Below are positions 26,431 to 38,566 of a DNA stretch of 64,000 nucleotides, piece by piece. The notes under the pieces are model-generated. The model was not told where the DNA came from, searched no databases, and saw only the letters and a program-made list of their open reading frames with translations. This DNA is from Ruditapes philippinarum (lineage: Eukaryota). Location: the NCBI RefSeq assembly GCF_026571515.1, contig NW_026863267.1:62001-126000 (forward strand), read 5' to 3'. A program made the translations under genes and the position numbers. Positions within the stretch are counted from its first letter, which is position 1; every line of letters starts with the position of its first letter.

Positions 26431-29051
26431 TTAATCGGTTTTTAAAAGAATACCGGTGAATGAGGACATTCCATAAATAATTGTTTTTTTATTGATAGTA
26501 TGATGATCTCCTAACAAAATATCAATATATATTTTGTCACCGATTTCTGCATGAACTACAACCGTGTCCGATCCGCTGTTGATAACCTTTCCATTAATTA
26601 TGATAACCGTTGCTATAATTGTTTTATTTTGAATCATTCTCAACATTATATTTTCAACATCATTCGAGAAAACGTTCAAGTAAAACAAGTAAAGCCCGCT
26701 CACTGGACAATGGAAAATTCCCGTAGTTGTATTGTATGCATTGCCAATATTTGTGATGACCTTAACAAACTTTAATACGGCCAACGTCCGATTGAACGTT
26801 TCAATATTGTGTTGTAGTTCTCCAGAAAAGGCAACTTGGCGTCCATTTTTGTTTACTACGGCTGCAACAGAAAGAAATTGCATTGGAATTGAATTAAGAC
26901 ACGTTTAAGCATGAACTATTATATATAATGAATATGTGCATGTAACAGATGCTTATAATATAAGGAATATCTCACAATAATTTATACATAACGATTGAAT
27001 ACCGCCGCATGAAGTAATAATTTCCAAATGGCGACTTACTTGGATGGTGTTATGACTATCCTATGGAATTTGAATTATAGTACCGTTGCAATTTTACTTT
27101 GTTTTAGGTGTTTTTAAAACCTTTGAGCCATTAGAAATTTAGGATAGGAAATTACCAATAAGATTGCACTTAGCATGAATTTCTGCGAATCATAAATGGT
27201 CAGGAATTCCCATCCTGAAATGAGTAAATCGGATCAACTATAGATAACAATTGCAGTTGTTTGGATTATTGTCGCCCTGTTATTGTCGTCCCGTATACTA
27301 CTTGTAGGCAACCCGTGTACCTAGAAGTATACTAGATATACCCCGACTCTCTCGAAAAAATACTTTTTGAATCCGTATTTTAACGCTATTTTACATAGTT
27401 TTATCAATTATATACATAGCAGTATATTTTTTAACAAATGTAAACTTTTTTTAAAAAATTCTGATCATAATCAACCTTTTTGTGCATCGAACACATTTTT
27501 GTGATGTCATGAAAATGGATGAATATAAGCAACAAATATAATAAACAACAGTAGAGCAGATTGACTTGGGACTATATTTGTTGGCGTAAGGGCTTACAGC
27601 CAAGCAACAATGGAAACGAAAGGGAGGAATGTAAGAAGGAATGCTGATAGAATTGTTGAAATTTACGTAAGATATTTTACTACATTATTTTTGGCGAGTT
27701 TCAAACAAATGAAATGAGTCGACGAAATGTTGAAACGGATTAGAGGCTGAAACTCTGTAGGGGGCAATTATACGGGATAACACGAAAAAGTAATAAAATA
27801 AGACTTCTTTGGAAAATAAAGTAATTGCCCGAATTTCATTCTAGTATAGCGTGTAATGGAAATTCAATTGCATTACTGCTCGGCATCGCCATTTCATACC
27901 GCTAATAAGTCTTCGAATGATTTGCACATTATGGATTCGAGACTACACATCTAGCGGTGTCTGTTGAAGCTCTAGAATCGTGGTTAGCTGGACTAATCGA
28001 ACATATATTGCATTCTTCAGCATGTCAATTGGATTAAAGTAAATGGTTAGCAACACATATGTTGTGAAACGCTTACTGGACGATCTCTTTACCGAGAGTC
28101 GTGTATCATTGAAGTCCACACAAAACCTGGATTCGTCAGTGAACAAGTACTGACGTTGAGAAGTTACACCCATGGTAACACATCAAAATGAAATTCAACA
28201 TTTTGATCTTCATCATTTGAACGTAAACGTTTTTCTATTGTTGTTGTTTTATTGGTTTAAAGTTGCATGCACTCTGTAAACGTCTTATGGCTAATTTTCA
28301 GCTTTACTGTTGGGCAGCCTGCGCATCCGCGCAGTCTGATCAGGATCCATGCTGTTCCCTATCAGTTTCTCTACTTGTTATAGGGTATATAAGCGAACAG
28401 CATGGATCATGATCAGACTGCATCCAATCGGTGCATTATTAAGGCACGAACGGGCACTTGAGTAGAACCACCGACGTTCCGTAGGCTAGCTTGGTAGCTT
28501 CCTTACATGAAAGAATTCAAAGTTCTTGCGAGATTCGGACCTACAGCGGTGAAGGACAAGTGATTTGAAGTCAACGACATTAAGCACTCGGCCACGGATG
28601 TAACATAATTATGTATACAGCCAATTGATCTCATTAAGTATGCGTAAACAGTTTGTCCTTTTTGACATCAAACATTAATGAGATTGTAAATGCGTTGGAC
28701 TATTCTTAACAAAGAGATAAAAAGAATCTATTAATTCGAAATAGAAATAGGAACTTGCAGTAGCAAATTCCTGCTTACATAAATCTGACCCACCCCATTA
28801 ACACTTGGAAAAGAACTAATACTGCTCATACAGAAAAAAACAAACTTACCAGAGTTGTTTGTAAGTGCTTGTACCTGTTCTTCTAGCTTTTGAAGTTTGG
28901 TCTCTAATTGAAGTCTCATAGACTGTTCGTTTGATATGAGCTTCAAAAGAGTTGACACGTCAGAGTTCGAAATATTTCCTGACACTACAAACGCGTTCGT
29001 CGACGTGAGACCTACTGCAAAAACAATCAACGCCAAAAAAGACATTTTCAT
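26431..29051 (-). CDS. Secreted C1q-domain-containing protein B, 210 aa; exons 29051-28850 and 26861-26431
   Basis: 202+431=633 nt, phase-1 GT-AG intron. Signal peptide MKMSFLALIVFAVGLTSTNA, coiled coil, and gC1q motifs VAFSG...KFVKVITNIGNAYNTTTGIFHCPVSGLYLF...FTGILL. Confidence 0.92.
27950..28165 (-). mobile_element. Decayed Tc1-like transposase fragment in the intron of C1qDC B
   Basis: YLFTDESRFCVDFNDTRLSVKR resembles the Tc1 first-Asp motif VLFSDESRF...DGR.RVWR. Confidence 0.6.
28250..28598 (-). mobile_element. Meta-like tRNA SINE interrupted by a partial palindromic MITE (28315-28420, same family as 55842-56078)
   Basis: Minus-strand head TCCGTGGCCGAGTGCTTAA..., core GGAACGTCGGTGGTTCTACTCAAGTG. 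Inserted CAGCCTGCGCATCCGCGCAGTCTGATCAGGATCCATGCTGTT. Confidence 0.6.
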
Positions 29052-29900
29052 GAGAAGTGTTTCAGTTAAATATCGGAATAATTTAGAAAACTAAAATGTC
29101 TACTGTGGGTTTTATATCATAAACTAATACAGTACATACCGTCTTTACTGGCCTTAACGTATATATAATTAAGTCAGTCTGAACACTTTTCATGGGTTTA
29201 TGGGCGTATAGTTAGGTATATATTGGCATTTAATTGACGACGAATGAAATAATAACTTGAATTTCATAAAAATTCGGAGACATCTTTAAGCTCTATTCCA
29301 ATTCTTATGGAAATGCATCAACCCGAGATTCGTAAAGATGCGGAATACTTCGCTACTTTCCGTCGTTTTTTGTGATCAAATGAACATCAATATGTTCTTG
29401 AACAGCAACTATCAACAATTTATAATAACATTCATGCTTAAACATTCCTTCTCATTTTAACTGTTTGTATATCTAATTGTTAAATAAATCATCCCAAAAT
29501 GTTTGATGTTTACATTACTTAATGAGTTTTTTACTGTAAAGAATACTTAAATTCATATAAGGACACACTGTAACATATAATGAATTATCGGTGATCGTGG
29601 TGGATCATAATTATTGTGATAAAGTATACAGATATTGCGCTGTATATTCATTGTAAATTTCATATCTAAATAAGCTCATTAATTCATCGGGAAGAAATTT
29701 GAATTATGAATCAACTGGGGCTACAAAAAAATCCTTGATTAACGGCTGCTCATTCATTGAATGTTTAACTGTATTTAATGTTTACAACTGCGTAATTATC
29801 TAAAATTGTATCACAAAAAGCTTATGTAAACGATAACCTAAATTCCAGTTCTTCTAGCTTACACTAAAATGTATTCATGTACGATTCAATGTCCTATCGT

Positions 29901-30190
29901 AAATCGTATAAATATATACATGCACAGTGCGTTAACTGGAGTGCAGATATTAGTTTTCCGCACTCCAGAGCATACCCATTGATTGGCTCATTTTTTTCTT
30001 GGGTTTACATATTGTGACGGAAGAGAAAGGGAAAGCGATAGAAATATTACATTCAGCTGATCGTTCATTGGTTACTTTTTTCTGGGGTTTCACAACAGGG
30101 AACGTGTTTTGTTTTTTGACTATGATTCAAAAGAGAAAGAACGTGATCTGATTTATACTTGGAGGCTACGCCCCTCGTACAAACCAGATA
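29901..30190 (+). mobile_element. Repeat family R1 copy
   Basis: Aligns to the reverse complement of 43491-43876, including the GGCTACGCCCC 3' motif. Confidence 0.7.
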
Positions 30191-30924
30191 CCAAACCATA
30201 AGCATCTTAAAAAGATACTCGGACGAAGTTAAACTGCTTTTACTTGCAAAGGTTATTTCGAATTTTTGTAATAGCATTTAATTTTTAGATCTAGGTAATA
30301 CTGCAAGATATGTTTCTATATGGAAATATCGTGTTTTTTGACTAACGTATTTCATGTACACATTAATATATGTTTTATTAATATGCAAAATATATCGAAA
30401 TTTTGAAAATATTATGAAAAATCATATATTACGAACACTGAACATAATCTACTGGTATCTAGGAATGCACACGTGAAATGTGTTGGTATTCGACAATTTG
30501 GACTAAAAATAGATTATCATTTGTAACACGATAAGTCTTATCCACTATTCCACTATCAATGAAACAATTCTTACGCCAGGCCGCCAACTTCACACATCTT
30601 AAGAAGATCTCGGTCAGAGACTTTAACTAAAAAATTTGTTACGATACCTCTTGAGACTATTTTATAATTTAAAAGTGTAAACGTTTCAGAACGATTCTTT
30701 ATATCACATGATTATACTAATTTTACAATGGCCAATGAGATTGTCAGATTTCACTTTGTAATTTTATAATGTCTTATAAAAAACCTAATCACTTCATTTA
30801 CAGCAAATCAAGCCGTTCTCAGACGGACTTTGTCCGGAAAAAAACTAAATCACACCAAGTTCTTGCTTTTAGTATTACTTTGTATAGGTAACCCAGTTTG
30901 TTTCATAGATATTGAATAACAAAT

Positions 30925-31500
30925 ATCAACTCAACTCAACTCAAATAATTTTATTAGCATAAAACAAATAACAAGTTTATAGCCATACAAAATATAACAA
31001 GTACGTTCAGTTATAATGGAAATACAGGCATGTTTATATAATTTACAGAAGAGTACTACAAAGACAAACACATAGTATTTTTTTCCTAAACATTTTACAA
31101 GGTAAGATTTTGTGTGATTACACAAACATAACATTAACATTTACAATATTATAAGGCAATGCTGCGTGAAGTTTAAGGAAAAGAAAGATAACTATACAGT
31201 ATAATGATGAATATTGGTGTTTATCTATGTATAATTAAATAAAAGCACTTCATACAAATGAAATTATGATTGGGAGACACGTAGTTTGTTGCAAAATGTA
31301 TGAATTTCGATAAACTTATAATAGTTGCATTTGATGTAGAAGACATATGATTTCTAAATTTTGTTAGCGTAGGCCAATGACAAGAATAGTTCTTCTTAGT
31401 TCTCTGTATTTAGGGCAAACTAACAGAAAATGATATTCATTCTCTAATATATTCATGTTGCATAATAAACAGTCCCTTTGATCTCGCGGTACATTGTCTA
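30925..31500 (-). mobile_element. 5'-truncated LINE (ORF2 C-terminus, 3' UTR, (TTGAG)n tail)
   Basis: Minus strand 31500-31382 reads IDNVPRDQRDCLLCNMNILENEYHFLLVCPKYRELRR, the Cx2C...EDExHFLLxCPxY zinc motif at the end of non-LTR ORF2. Microsatellite tail near 30926-30943. Confidence 0.7.
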
Positions 31501-32929
31501 TGAGAAGAGGTTCTGAAGCGGGCTAAAGCGTTTTTAAATCTTTCGTCAGTTATAACTTCCAAATACCGTTCTCATTCGAAAGCGTGTTTGAATTCTAAAC
31601 GTCTAAATATAACCACCTCTGAATACCATCTTTGGAGAAAATATTTAAAACAAAACCTAAAACACATAGATAATTAATGATTTTCATTTAATGATCGAAC
31701 ATGCAATATATCAACCAAAATCAGGAATTATGATATACATGTCCTTCATATTTTAGAGTTACATTTTAAATCAGGAAGTAAACAAATTCAAATAATTTCA
31801 AGTCTTATACGGCATTTGAAATTAGTTAAGAGATATCGTATGCCCATTTTATACACCAAAATGAATTTCGGCGAATATTCTTGTTCCATTCGTCTGTCCG
31901 TCCGTCTGTTAGAAGTACACTGTTCGTTCTGTATCTTTTGAAACGATAGAGTGAAATAGAAACTTCTTGGCAGAAATGTAAAGCATATTGAGGCGATGTG
32001 CATAGCATATGATTGACCGTCCCGAGTTCAAGGTCACACTTTTTATTCAGTCAATATTAATAAATAGTATATACTCGTATATATCGCATGAATCACTAGA
32101 TAAAGTACATGTTTTAGGTCAAATCTATGCGACCAGCACCTTTTCTTCGTACAAACATGTTTTCGGAGGGACGGTACATGTATGGCGAAAATATGCAAGT
32201 TTTCGTGTTTTCGCCTTCTCTTTGTCTTATATTCCTTGACAGACTAAAGGCTATAAACACGAGATACGAAAAAGCGTGACTTTTCCGTGCGTTTGACCGT
32301 TCGTTGGTGTTTCCAAAGACAACCAGAAATTAATCTCTTTTCTGCGACTTATCAAATAATAGATAAATACAGAATCCCTAAAGAAAGCCCAACACGGCAA
32401 AATTGAAAATGTTGCAGGCTCGGTTTGATTGAGCCTGTTCATGGACGGTACTGTAAAGTGCAAGTTACCGTCCACGCCCCCTAGCACCGGCTTAAGCAGA
32501 ATTCAACATTTAACATGAACTGGTAAAATTTAGAATTTTGAAACATCCGCAGATGTGTTCATATGGCGGTTAAAGACTGTTTAGATTTTATTAGGGTCAT
32601 CAGATTCAGAAATTATCCCAGAAGAAATTAAGGGTCCTTTGACATGCAAAATGTAAAGCAATATTACACTGAACGTCGGTTTACAAAGTCTCATAACAAA
32701 TTGCAAGTACTTTTAGTTGGAGAAGCACGAATATCAAGCACGTCATCCCTGCATTTGAAGTCAAAGAATGCTACAACTAGACCAGTGCGCCACCTCTACA
32801 TTTATAGATATTTTGCTATGGTTTAAATATTGTCGTGTTTGGTCACCCATATTGTGACCCTCCTGTAAAGTTAAGTCTTCTTATCAAGGCATCACAGATT
32901 AAGCAGTTACTCCCCTTTCACTTGGCGAG

Positions 32930-33240
32930 ATATGGCTCTTTTTATGCCCGGTGTAGGGTACAAACCCATATAAACCCAAACCCGTTTAATATACCATTCA
33001 AAAAACCATGAGTATTAGACAAAGCGAACCAGCAACCCATGCATTCCCGGGCGGTCGTTGCTATGTCATGCTTATACCATTTATTCAGAACACCTTGCCT
33101 TTATATCATTCATTTAGAACACATTGTCGTTATATCATTCATTCAGTACACATTGCCTTTATATCATTCATTCAGAACACCTTGCTTATTACCATCATCT
33201 ATTTCCGAAGTCTGACGGAAAGAGCCAAACTGTTGCGAGT
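32930..33240 (+). mobile_element. Non-autonomous element with subterminal inverted repeat, internal ~29-bp tandem repeats and 3' hairpin (relative at 24140-24383)
   Basis: TGGCTCTTT...AAAGAGCCA; about four TTATATCATTCATTCAGAACAC units; TTTCCGAAGTCTGACGGAAA hairpin, also seen near 45690 and 46120. Confidence 0.5.
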
Positions 33241-35633
33241 GATGATAACAACCCATTTTCAAAAAAAAAAATCAAATGTCATTGAATAAAACAACTAGAA
33301 CAAATTCTATCTTTAGTAGTTTATTTTAGTTTGCTGTCGTTTTTTGTTGTTGTTTTCGATCCAAAGATAACAGAGACTGATATATTATAAGATAATGTGC
33401 ACATTATATCTTGTTTACTGAAAACAATAAGGTTTTTGTCTATTTTGTAGTAAAATCTTAAATATTCCCCTCACATTGAATACAATCAGATTTACTATCC
33501 CTAAAGAATTTTATCTCGGCCAATCTGGACAGGCAGGCAATCCAGGAAGCAATGAAATTTATCCTTATGAACGTTTTTTTTTTTCAGCATGATAATTACA
33601 TTTGATTTCACATGTTATATAAATCTCTTTAGATTTTTTAAATGAACTATTTCAAAAAGAGTAATGAAGATCATGTGTCTTATTTTTACAATCATCATCT
33701 AAATGATGTTCGAGTCCGACGTGATCGCAAGGGTATTCTTTAAAATCGTCTTTTACATATTTTTTATCGCAATCTTGACCGCAAAGCTTAAAGCTTTTCT
33801 TTTTTTTTCATTAAAATCTATTTCATATATTTATTTTTACTTTTCACCGTCAATTGACTCAGAACTGTCTATGAACTTTTACTAAATTTCTATGTAGGGC
33901 GACTATGAATTAACTTTAACAAAATATGTTGATATTCTTTAACAAAATATGTTGATATTTGTGCACAAGTTTGGTTTTTTTTGTTTTTTTTTTTTCGTTA
34001 TCGGCCTCAATTTGATGATTTTAATCCATTTTACCCGGTAATTATCCACTACTCATGTAAAAAGGTTCTTAAAATTTAAACGGTTCCAGTTCAATGAGCA
34101 CATAGTAAAATGGATGGAATTCGAACATTCCTTACAATAACATTTGTTGTTGATTTGTTATAATATGTATAATATGGACGTTTTTTTTAAACGTATGCCC
34201 GGCGAAATATTTGCAAGTGTTTAAGGCATAAGCTTCTATTCAAATATTTTTGTAACTAGTTTTGTATAATATCATCCCATTTAAGTGAGAATAACGAACA
34301 CTTAAAATATCTTTTAAAAGATTTTATCTTTAACTGTATTTATTTTCCTTACTTCAGGATTCAATCACTTGTTTTGTTTCAAAGAATGCGATCTCAAGAT
34401 TACATAATGTTTAAAACAAGAAAACACGCACGCATTTTCTTCTTAAAAAATATTATTCTTTTACTTGATGGCCACACCTGAACAATATTAGTTGTTTGTA
34501 TAAGTATAAATGGTAATACTTGCATTTTTTTTTTAAAAATATGACAAATATATGACAAATTTTCTGCGAAAATTGTTTTCAACATTTGAACTGTACTGTT
34601 CCATTTAATTGTATGAACATAAAAGATTAGTTTCAATAATACAGTAACGCAAAGTACTATCAGAAACAGATGGCATAGTGGGCTTAATTTTAACACTGGC
34701 TATCCCACCCCTCAACCCACACCTCCCTACAAATCCAGAGTTCGATATCACCGATGGCCAGAGATTATTTGAATTGGAAACTGAGGACCTTAATGTAATG
34801 CTGCTGCCATTCTAATTAATTTCTCCAAAAATCTTGGGTTGAATTGCTGATAGATACTGTAAAAAATACCAGATCACTTTGGCCTCTTTGAAATTTTTCT
34901 GCAGCTCTTGCGCGAGACGCTTTCCTCATTTAGTTCATCATGAGCTTGATTAACTTCGTGAATTTTATATTTTCCACACCAGTCTCGTGTTTTTTCCTCA
35001 CTCAGTTTCTTTCATAGTAAGACAAAATGGCGAATTTATATAATGGGATTTTTTCTATTAAGGATAAATATTAGGGGTATCACGTTTATCCGTTTAATAG
35101 GGTTCAGTCGGTTTTTAGTCTAAAACCGGTCAGAAAATTCACTTATCGGTTATCGAACTTAGTATTAGACCAATAGCCAAAGAATTTGAGGAATGATTTT
35201 AAATATTTCATTTCTTTTACTTTGACAAGATATGACGTTTTGGTATTAATATCTTGAAATAAAAAAAAAAAGTTCTGTAACACTCAGGCAACCGCTAGTT
35301 TAGATATTTTAACTGCATACCATTCTTAAACATGTATATAATGTATATATTAGTAAGTTTCAAATTTGCATGCAACATTTTCATAACTATTTCATATCTA
35401 TGAAAAAAGTAAACACTATTTTAATGCTAATCGTGAAATCACATTTCTAAAATGATTTGGTTTCTTTATACAGTAAAGTACTTCAAAATAATTTTCGGCG
35501 TCACTTATAGAACATGATTTATTACAAGCCCATCTCCGTGACCTATTATATGTCCCCCGGACGGAGCAACACTTCTTTTCTTTTTGCAGGCCTTTCTTTT
35601 ATATGTACAGGTTTATCTTTTTTCAAAAAATAC

Positions 35634-35640
35634 TATAAAA
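35634..35640 (+). promoter_or_regulatory. TATA box of C1qDC C
   Basis: TATAAAA about 65 nt upstream of the ATG; the homologous position in gene D reads TATATAAA on the minus strand near 48950. Confidence 0.5.
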
Positions 35641-35701
35641 GTGATGTGTTACTTCCTTTGAGACAAAGCACATACCTAACGTTGACAAACTTCTTAAAAT
35701 C

Positions 35702-37660
35702 ATGACATATAATTCAATTGGAGTTTTTCTGTTTGTATTGCTTGCTGGATCCAACGCTTCTGTCGAGCATGAAAATGACCTAACACGTGAGTAATGTTTT
35801 TTCTCTAATTTCTAACTTACAAAACAATGAGTATAGGTCAAAGAAGACGATTGAACATAATTTCAGCGACGCCAAAAGTCCTTATTTGTTAATAAAACGA
35901 TAGATCATGCTATGTCACTTAGCTTATCAAGAACTGTTAATGTCTTCCAGATTTAAGGATATGAATAATTTGTAATAATTACTTATCACATATAAATATT
36001 TGCGTTAACTTGAATATGAACATATATGTACCTCTGTATGCTTCAAAATGGCAATTTTTATAATATTGATCATTAAGTGTTTTCATAATGGTCTTGTTCT
36101 TGGGCTGAAGACTGACAAGTAAACCTGAGGCCAAAGGCCGAAGACTGATATAACAGTCAAAACCCCAATAACAAGGTCATTATAAAAACACTTAACTATT
36201 GGCACTACAAATAATCTAAAAAAGTTAAGTACTTAGTGAATAAAAAATAACTTAATGAAATTCCGTTGTTGTGAGATATTGCAAATGAGACCCTTTTCAG
36301 TGAAAAAAAAACCAGATTCATAATGCCCGGGATGGGAAGCCAATAAAAATTCTCCAATCTCATAATAACCGAGTTTTCTCATAAAGGCCGTACTTTTTTG
36401 CATAATGCCGTGGTGTACTTCATATTAGCCTTATATTTGAAGTGAAAACTTGCCTTATACTGAAAACTTAATTAATAATTTTTTAAATTCTGCATGTATA
36501 ATAATGCTAGGGGATATCAAGCAGTAGCATCCAAACCGAGCCTACAGATTTTTGTTCTTTCTTTGCGTCTTTTAAGGTTACATTAGTTTCACATAATTTA
36601 AGATTAGTTTAGTACTTAATTTCGATTCTATATATTCGCATGTGGAAAATTTAAAAAGTTTATTTGAAAAATAATGTTCATTCAACTCTGATCTTTTATC
36701 GGTCTTGTCTGCTAGGGTACTAAGTGAAACAATTAACAACCGTGTACGAGTGCAAAAAGTTTGCTTATAAATGTACAAATCGTCATCTTGGTACAGTAAC
36801 AGGTTATATTAATAGGAGTTATTTCGTTATTGCATAAGTTTATGATTTGTTGAATGTAACGGATGGGGCACACATAAAATAACGTTTCCGATATTTTTCA
36901 CTTGAATCTAGATGATGGTACATCAAGAAAGATGGACGATTCCGCCATTGTGGCAAAGTTTAGACAACTAGAAAACCAGATCAAACTTCTTGAAGAAAAA
37001 CTTAGCACTGTAACATGTAAGTTGAAATTTATTTCCTTTCATGTTAAGATTATTATGATTGCAAATATATGCACAAAGATTTAACACTGTAAAATAACAA
37101 TGTACTGTAATTAGATTGATATTATTTGTTTTTAGATTTACTTGCTGTATGATTGGCATTCCATTTTTTAATATCTTGTAATCTTGTTGCTGACTTTTTT
37201 AGATATAGATCATCATTGGTCAATGAAAATTATTCTTTTTCTTGTAGCCAAACCGATACCAGATAACAGACAGATCGCTTTCTCCGGTACACTCAGCCGA
37301 AGAATTCCGAGGTCAGAATTTGGACAGATCGTAAAATTTGATGTTGTCACGACAAACATAGGAAACGCCTATGACGTAACAACAGGAATTTTCCAGTGTC
37401 CAGTATCTGGGTTATATCTGATATCAACCACCGTGCTTGGGGACAAGGACGCTTCTGCGATTGTGGAAACTCGACAAAATGGTAAACTGATCGCAAGGCC
37501 GCACTCGGGAGAAGGCGGATATGGCCACAAATCTGGGACAGATACAACTGTCATCCATGCAAATAAAGACGACAAAATTTCATCAAAAGTCATAGGTGGC
37601 TGGACTGCTTTTCTCGACCAATTTTCTAGGTTTACAGCAGTACTTTTGAAAACTGACTAA
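35702..37660 (+). CDS. Secreted C1q-domain-containing protein C, 200 aa; exons 35702-35786, 36912-37016, 37248-37660
   Basis: 85+105+413=603 nt, both introns phase 1. Exon 1 MTYNSIGVFLFVLLAGSNASVEHENDLT is not in the ORF track. gC1q reads IAFSG...KFDVVTTNIGNAYDVTTGIFQCPVSGLYL...FTAVLLKTD*. Confidence 0.88.
36066..36478. mobile_element. ~410-bp non-autonomous insertion in intron 1 of C1qDC C, absent from paralog D
   Basis: Flanks aaaatggcaat / ttctgcatgtat are nearly adjacent in gene D (about 48325-48365). Internal long hairpin TAAGTGTTTT...GGCCAAAGGCC...AAAAACACTTA. Confidence 0.65.
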
Positions 37661-38566
37661 AAACAAACAGATTTTACAACAAAAACACTAACATAATGTA
37701 AGAATTGCAACCATCACGTATCAATATACTTTTATTGTTGATAAGTTCAGAAAAAAGATGACAATTTTTTTTCTGTAATTTTACTTATTGGGCGCTGATT
37801 GTACCGTTAGTGTAGCTTGTTGTTTGCTTTCAAACGAAATAAAAACATATGATTACATGTGTGTACAGTGTCACTTTATTCGCTCCGTAAATTTTGATGA
37901 AATTATTTCCTACATGGCTAACCTTTCTGTAAAACATTTGTCATTTATTTGGTATGATTTTAAGGCGTATTATACAGGAATGCTCCTATTTACAAAAAAT
38001 TTACGTTTAAAAATGGCTTAAATTTTCCAATTCTATCAAAAATTATACGTAAGTCTTTCTGCCATAGACTTCGCTTTTTCATACAAGAAAGCAATCCTTG
38101 TAGCTTGATTATATACTTAGATGAAAGCGTGGCACGAAATATTGAACAGAGGGAATATCTGATTTATTAAATCTTGAAAGTTGCCATATGACTTTTACGT
38201 AACATAAAATCCAAAAAACATAAGTCTCACCAAAAATATTTTGTCAAATTTATTTTCAATATACAATATGTATTGCAATATACTTACAAATAATATGAAG
38301 AAACAGTGGATGTATACGCAACACAAATAAAGTAGGATGAGCACGTCCTTTAAACATTAATTATCAAAACATGTTACTGGTTTTTTCGTCTTGGTGTGTA
38401 CTCCTGAGAGAAGCACTATGGTATATGAATTTAAGATTGACCCTGATAATGAAATACTATGTTATAGTAACATTAAGGTATTGTATCACAATTAAGGTAT
38501 TGTTCTGCAAAGAATACCTATATACTATTTTGTGCATTTCAATAATTGGGCTAGAGAATTGTCAAG

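Larger units (their letters stand above)
33585..37765 (+). repeat. Left arm of an inverted segmental duplication (partner about 47055-51690)
   Basis: Collinear inverted matches throughout, e.g. 33841 ttttcaccgtcaattgactcagaa vs 51119-51142, 34241 caaatatttttgtaactagttttgtataatatcatccc vs about 50597-50634, plus promoter, exons and introns of C1qDC C/D. Confidence 0.9.
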
